DNA of 63,512 nt, counting the filler, from Basidiobolus meristosporus CBS 931.73 (taxonomy: Eukaryota; Fungi; Basidiobolomycota): assembly GCA_002104905.1 (NCBI GenBank). It is 4 parts of 4 records of this genome, joined end to end, with 100 filler letters (N's around TTAATTAATTAA, not from the genome) between each part and the next. Parts side by side here need not be neighbours in the genome. Positions count along the whole stretch, not along the records: positions 48,690 to 63,512 come from MCFE01001167.1; 3 more parts are not named here. One strand, given 5' to 3'. Below are positions 56,634-63,512 of the stretch, one piece after another. Made by a program: the position numbers and the translations under genes. The notes beneath the pieces were generated by a model. The model ran no database searches, had not been told where the DNA came from, and saw nothing but the letters and a program-made list of their open reading frames with translations. Each line of letters begins with the position of its first letter. Positions within the stretch are counted from its first letter, which is position 1.

Positions 56634-59600
56634 GCAAGTCATCATTGAATCTTACATTCATGTAGGTGCAATGTCTCAAATCAATGACTGTGTTAAATTC
56701 ACATGAGTATAGACAAAAAAGAGATATAATAGCATTATGTTTTTGAGTGTCAAACCATTTCTCCCATGAACAAGACAGCTTTGATTCAATGCCAGAAGAG
56801 AAGAGAAAAAAGACCTTGTGGCCATTGTAGTAAGCTGCTCAGCAATGAGGCACACAGACAGCATAGGAAGTGTTACAAGGATCACAGCCAGTATTTTGCC
56901 ACATAAGTCATATTTGACTATTCACCAGTCACTACTGTACCAACAATATCTTGCTGGCCACTTGATACTTCTAAAACAGCACATGGCCATAATTGTTACC
57001 TTATGCAAACTGAGTCAGGAGAGTTTGTGATGCCTTTAGGCTCACCCCAGCCCGCTAAATATGGCACATATAGTGATAGCTCTGAAGAAGCAGGCTCACT
57101 GATGGATTGTAAGCCTATCTTCCCTAACATCAGTACCCTGCATGAGCCTGGCAAAATCCTATTATGCAATGAGACAACAGCCATGAAAAAAATGCTAGGG
57201 GTAGGTTCATGAAGTCAAGTGAGCCCAGTAATTCATCTACTGGTGAATGATATGATGTTGTGGCTAGACAAGTGGCATGTTTCCACTAATATCAATAATG
57301 GGGCCTTGGGGATTTACTATTACTTCTTGCCAAAGTCATCACAGGATGAAACTTACCATTTACATGGTATCAATGGAAAACTATTATGTGGCTGGCAACA
57401 TATGACCCAGACACCATCCTGATACCAGCATGTGTCAACAGTTACATGGTGTTTACATCAGAAAATGCCATAAATGCAAGGTGTCCAAATTGTCAGGAAT
57501 CCACCACCATTGGGGGAAAACACTGTTCACACTCCAGAAATATTTTGGTAATACCCCATCTAAAGAAGCTCATGCAGTCCAACAAATATTGTGAAGCTAT
57601 AAAGTACAACATTCAGTATCTGTCAAGTGCAAACATATCAGATATATTTGATGGCAAACATTAAAAACAGCTAAGAAGCAAGGGTTACATTGAAGGTATG
57701 TATGACTATGCCTTTGCCTTGAAACTTGATGGATTCTCATTAAACAAGTACTCTGCCAGCAAATCCTGCCGGCTACTGATTCTCATCAACCTAAAGCTGC
57801 TGCTTATCTTATGGTATCAGGGCAGAAATCTGATGGTAGTCCCACTCATATCTGGGCCTAGATCACCATCCAACCTGGATAGCTACCTGTATCCATTGCT
57901 GGATAAATCTTGTATACTTTCCAGCAGGATAGCAGTAGACAGCTGTCATGAAAAGCATATACTATTAGCTGCATTGGAGATACCCCAGCCATCAGCAGGA
58001 TAGCCAGCTTTTCTGGGCACAATGGACAGTATTGCTTTCAAATGTGTGAGATCCAGGGGACTTAATCCATCAGTTGCACACATTATTATTACCAAAACAC
58101 CAACACTAAGAGCATCATCTTCACATAGAGAGAACACACAGAAGTCAGCATGCAATTGCAGCAAAGTTGGCAAGCTATAAGCCATTGGCCAGAATATGGA
58201 ACTAATTGAAAACCAGAGATACTCAAGATATAGGGTATCTGTTGGGGCAAAGTATTCCATTGGGAACAATGCATTTGCTTTCAACAATATTGCTATACTG
58301 ATAACAAAGTGCTACATGGGGCATTTTAAGCTAAATGAGCCCTTTGAGAAACTGGGGAAATTTGAATGAATTGGCAAGATATTACAGAGTATTGGCTACC
58401 CTAAGTACTCCTCACAGGCTCTAATCAAGATTCATATGTGTATGCAAAAATACAAGTACAAGGACTGGGTGAACAGTATATGTATTTATGTAAGTGTCCT
58501 TCTTAAGCCATTGCTATCAAGAGTCCACAGGAGGCATTTGGAGTCATATGTGCACATTGCAGGAATATATATCCAAAACAGATCACCATTGACAACTTGA
58601 CACATGTGCAGCTTTTGTGCAAAGAGATTGTGATGAAATTTGAGCAGCTATAATTCAAACATAAAGCTGAATGCATAGATCTCTGCCACTACTGTATCCA
58701 TTCTCCATTTCATCTTGCTTGGTGCATTGAGAATATTGGGCCTTGCTTCACCTTTTGGGAGTTTTCTATGGAGCAGATGTGCGGCGAGATAGGAAGACAA
58801 GTCAGTGGCAGGTACTGCCATACTGCAATCTCATCAAGAATATTACATTCAGGTCTGTCACAGCTGTGATGAGGCAGCACATTGAGAACAGCCAGGAAGA
58901 GTTGGAAATACTGAGTACAGATGTGCACATGGAGACACCTATGCCTATGGCATTAAGTAACTAAGCAGCCCCAATGAGTAGGTAATCAATTAAGTAATGC
59001 AAAGTTAGGTTGAGTGCAAAAAGCAACTGAATTTTATTGGGAAAATTCTACTAAAGTATGATGGGTTCTCTTGGTCACAAGCCAATTTCTGCACCATTCA
59101 ATATGGAATTCACACAAACAAGAGCCAGAATGCACTTTTAATGGTGACTAGAATCCAGCAGGGAGAAGGAACATATTGGCTATATACCAATAAGCTCTTT
59201 GCGGATATTCAGGAGGTATTCATGGCAGAAGTGGTGGCAACCAAGTATGTGCTTGCCAGTAGAATATTTTACCTGCAATTCAAAGTATATAGCAGCTTTG
59301 CAAGCATCACACTAAAAAGCCGTAAAGTTGAGGTGATAGAAGCATGTCAATTTTGACAGGTGTAAGTATTTGTAGAGGTTTGTAGGCTGAAGGCCATAGT
59401 ACTGTTGAACTCAAACTGTATGTGAAATACCTAAGGTAGTAGTGGGTAAGCAAATAAAGAGGGGTGATTCTACAGTGGAATACATCAAATGCATAAGGGG
59501 AGGTAGAAAAAGGAGATTACATTTGGTTAATTTGTATGGTAGCATATTACAGAACTCTCTGTAGGCCACAATACAGCCATAATAATGCTGTCAGAGCCTT

Positions 59601-60100
59601 GCAAAGAGGTTGTTAAAACACTGTCAAGTTTTTTGCCATATAAGGCCATTGGATACACTGCTGGTTAAATTCACTTAATTAGCTGTAAGGTGCACTAAGA
59701 CCAAAACAATGCCATGCCACCCTTGGCAAAACAATGAACAATTACTGTCATATTTTATCAACTTCATTTGGATGTAAATTAGCAAAACACTGTTGTGATC
59801 CTGTCACAAGATTGTGTAGATTGTCATTATTTCCAAGCTGCTGGTATTGTAGCAGTCTCCTGACAGCATCTTGATGGCTGATCTGGTTTGGATCCACCGT
59901 CTGTGGTGGTGTTGAGGTACTCCTGGGAGCAGCTACACTGCTTACGGTGTTCAAGGTGTCTGATGGGTGTAATAACCTTGGTGTCTAAACTGCTGGTGTC
60001 ATTGCCAATATGTCACTATAGTAAAAGCTCCTGCTTCTCTAGCTTCCTTGATGCTCCAAGTTTCTTCAAAGGCCTCTGCATATATTGTGCACTACCCTGA
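56634..60100 (+). mobile_element. En/Spm (CACTA) copy 3: decayed full-length transposase (~56766-59356) followed by ~750 bp of coding-like sequence
   Basis: Reverse-complement match to 7290-9905 (ACVNSYMVF, YAFALKLDG, GPRSPSNLDSYLYPLLD, FSMEQMCGEIG), extending beyond the break point of copy 1. Confidence 0.87.
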
Positions 60101-60179
60101 AAAGCACCTTGATGGCAAGTCTGAGGTGTAATTGTTAAAGGTAGATGCAGTAATCAATTGCTAATCAATAAGGGGAAAG

Positions 60180-60620
60180 TGTTACTGATAGAAGAGATGA
60201 TTTATTGATTAGGGATTGACTTCACTTAAATACTTTTCCTGATTGCCAAGTGATAACTGATGACAAGGTTCTGGAATATCTCAAGCATCAGTGGAATTCT
60301 TGATGACATCACTATGAGCTAAAAATACGCCAAAAAGGTCCTGGAAGGTTCTAAAAGGCACAGAACATCCAACCAATCATGGATCAGTAGTCTGAAACCT
60401 GTGCAATAGAGATACCATATATGGTATTTAAATGTTAGGGATGGTAACACAGACTTAGGTCATGTGTCATAGGTACTGATGGAAGTATTTGCCTAATTTA
60501 GATACATATACAGATCACAATGCTGAATAACATCTGGGATAACTAATGCTAATAACTAATCTGGGTAAATATCATATGGAGATTATACTAACAATATGGG
60601 CAAAAGAAGAATGGGCTAAT
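60180..60620 (-). mobile_element. Diverged LTR-C-like fragment
   Basis: Patchy reverse-complement similarity to 1680-2070 (e.g. GGATGGTAACACAG, ATACCATATATGGTA, CTGAAACCTGTG). Ends not defined. Confidence 0.5.
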
Positions 60621-60736
60621 ACTGATAAGATAGAGTATGGATAAGTACATCATACTAGCTTTATGAATAAACTTGTCTGTGGGAGGTATGTTTACCCTAC
60701 CATACCATGGGACCAAAGTATCTTACATAGGGATGT

Positions 60737-61400
60737 TTGCAAGATATATATGTTATTAGCAAATATAAGATATATGGTAACTTAGCAAGTATCACACTCA
60801 AAAGCTGCAAAGTTGTGATGATACAAGTATGTCAATTGCATCAGGAGTGCACCTTTGTAGAGGCTAGTAAACAAGAGGCCATAGTTTTTTTGATTTGGAC
60901 TATATGTAGAATACCAAAGGTAGTAGTGGGTAAGCTAAACCAGAGGTGAGAGTGTACAGGGGAATACATGAATTGCATAAGGGAAGGTAGAAAAAGGAAG
61001 TACCACTTGGTAAATCAGTATGGTAGTGTTATACAGAACTAGCTGTAGGCCGCCATACAGCCAGTATAATGCCATCAGAGGCTTGCAATGAGGCCATTCA
61101 AGCACTGTCAAGTCTTTTGTCATATAAGGCAGTCAGATGTACTTGTTGATTAGATCCGCTCAAATAGTTGTGGAGCACACTAAGACTGCAACAATTCCAT
61201 GCCATCTTGGACAAGCAATGCCCTGATACCACAATGCTTTTGACCTTATTTGGCAGTAAAACTGGCCAAATGCCATTATTTTCTTGTCATAAAAATGTGT
61301 AGAAGGTGATTAATTCCAAGCTGCCAGTGTTATTAAGATCTCCAGAAGGAATTCTGACAACTGATGTAGATTGGATCCCTCATGGGACCATATTATTTTC
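60737..61400 (+). repeat. Diverged paralog of ~59250-59900 (CACTA transposase C-terminus plus downstream segment)
   Basis: SITLKS(C/R)KV and the downstream blocks (GTAGTGGGTAAGC, GCATAAGGG, CTGTAGGCC) recur in the same order. Confidence 0.75.
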
Positions 61401-61467
61401 CATAGGGTATATCAATAAAGGTGCCATCAGAGTGTATGCCTGGTCAGTCCCTACTGATAAGCCCTAG

Positions 61468-62134
61468 GCTGTAAAAGAGGCCCTAAATAGCCCTCAGACA
61501 AAGTTTTGGAGATCTGCAATGACTGAGGAATATCAGGCATTGATGGAAAATCAAACTGGGACTTGGTCCAATTACCAATCTACCAAAAATCAATTGGTTG
61601 CAGATGGGTCTTCAATACATAATACAAGACTGATCTAGTTCAAGATGTCCAATCTAGGGGACTCAGTTGCTATTTAGGGACTACATTCTCCATAGACAGT
61701 AGTACCCAGACTATCAGCCTAAGCCAATCCAAGTATATTCAAGATATACTAAAGAAGTACCAAATGGAAGACTGTAAAATAGCAGCTACCCCAATGGAGA
61801 CAATTCTTAATGTAGTCAAAACTCAACCAAATCAAGAGAGCTTGGTGCTGTCTGAAAGCCCTGACTTTCCTTATCAATATATGATTGGCAGTCTGATGTA
61901 TATCATGCTTGGAACATGTCCAGATATCTCATATTCAGTGGGAGTTACAAAATACATGGCTGATGGTACAATTGAAAGATACAAAGCAAGACCTGTGGCC
62001 AAAGAACAGTCTTAAACAGAAGCACTTGACTACACTGAGACCTTTTCACTGGTAGCCAAGCTTAATTCCATCAGATTGATATTGGCTATTGCAGTTAAAT
62101 CAAAGTTTTTTATAGAACAAATGGATGCAAAAGC
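61468..62134 (+). pseudogene. Rearranged Copia H/J RT fragments
   Basis: 61468-61945 matches ~50120-50600, including the same deletion junction. It is followed by the RT N-terminal segment (DGTIERYKAR.VAK...DY.ETF..VAK). Confidence 0.85.
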
Positions 62135-63512
62135 TGTTATAAGAAGATTGTAATTCCAGCTAAGTACTTGTCTAGCTTAGTCACTAAGATTGTTACCTTC
62201 AGATCCTAGAAAAAACTGACCAGTTTATTATCAGGATTTACTTGGAATATTTTCACCAAAATATCTAGAACCCCGTATATGAAAACCAGATAGGTTGCCC
62301 AAGCAGCCCCAAGTTTGCACACATGTTCTTGGGACCTTCCTAAATCAATTCTACATGTTTTGTTATGCTAAGACCATGTAAGAGCTTTAATATTTCTTTT
62401 ATATTCAATAAATCATTAAGTGAAAACCCCATAATCTACTAGTCCTTGCAATCACTTCCAATATTTCCAAGACTCTTACAACAGGTTATGAGCCCCAAGC
62501 TGTCACTCTCTGCAATGTCTACTTCTCCTATTACTGGAATTTTTTCCTCTGCTGAAAAGTTGGATGGATCTAACTACCAAGTGTGGAAGGTGAAGATGCA
62601 GATGCTGCTACATGAAGGAGGCCTCTGAGATATTGTCATGGCCTGAGAATGCCCTGCTAAAAATGTGGGAGAGGAAGCCTTAAAGTAGCAGAAGAAAGAA
62701 CAAAGTGTATTTAACAGCATCAGCCTTAATTTTAAAGATAAATTTCAGATTCAATGCTTGCAAGAAAAAATGGCAAAGAATGCCTTGAGGGCATTAGAAG
62801 ACACTTACAAGTCATGTCAGCTACTAAAAAAATGTATCTTTGACATAAATCCCTATTACAACAATGCTGCCTGGACAAGAGATGTGATATTCAATTAACA
62901 GAAGTACCCTGCTGGTGAATGTAATAAAATCTGTGGGCATACCCACTGATGATGACAATCTGATAGTTACCTTCCTGAAAAACTTAAAGACAGGCTTCAG
63001 GGCCATTTATAGCCTCTAGAGTCTAGCACCAAAGATTTGACTTTAGATTAAATATATCAAAGGCTCCTTAATGCAGAATTAATAAAATTAAGCTCCAATA
63101 AGAAGGAAGAAGATAATGCACTAATAAGCAGTCCTAACCAACAAAGGAGATACCCATGACATTTAATGGCAATAGCAGTCTGTCTTGCAACTACTGCAAT
63201 AGGAAAGGACACACATTGCACTGGTGATTCAAAAAGAGAGATGATCAGCAAAAGAGCCTGAATATGGAAATGCTGCAACAACTGAAGACAGAACTAGTGA
63301 TATTTGCACAGAATATGGCCACAAAAAAGGATTCTCAAACAGGGTATAATGATTCTGGTGCATCTCAACATCTTACATATCCAAAAAGTACTGCTTAACC
63401 ATTATCAAGAAATCTCAATTAGGTAATTTGGATCACTGTGAAGCCTGCATATATGGGAAACAAGCCAGACAACTGCTCAAGAGCTCTGGGTTAATCAAAA
63501 CTGAGAAAAAAT
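62135..63512 (+). mobile_element. Ty1/Copia H/J copy: 5' LTR 62135-62483, PBS 62484-62495 and heavily decayed gag-PR to the window end
   Basis: 349-bp LTR, GGTTATGAGCCC, AEKLDGSNYQVWKVKM, and DSGASQH near 63350. Confidence 0.9.

Overview
Eukaryotic, almost certainly fungal scaffold. The inference rests on short GT-AG introns, a DHA1 transporter, GH89, TTAGGG and CACTA/Gypsy/Copia content; an early-diverging lineage is plausible but unproven. It contains three 100-bp assembly gaps with a TTAATTAATTAA linker. Two CpG-depleted blocks of nested, decayed transposons (about 1-28.3 kb and 45.8-63.5 kb) hold three Ty3/Gypsy and two Ty1/Copia families, several solo LTRs with readable target-site duplications (TSDs), three En/Spm (CACTA) copies and one APE-type LINE. 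They flank a CpG-rich gene island (about 28.4-45.7 kb). The island carries a beta-defensin-like secreted peptide, a triplicated cluster of unknown secreted proteins, tRNA-Leu(CAG), an SDR, a GH89 pseudogene and an MFS transporter. The strongest leads are: (1) CpG loss that is strand-polarised per locus in TE copies (11:0 and 1:8 in opposite directions) while adjacent duplicated genes keep their CpGs; (2) an APE-RT LINE whose 3' end runs into C9-(TAACCC)n telomeric repeat; (3) a Gypsy family inserting at CpG-centred 4-bp sites; (4) the beta-defensin-spaced fungal peptide. All alignments were done by eye. Boundaries marked ~ are approximate and no database searches were run.
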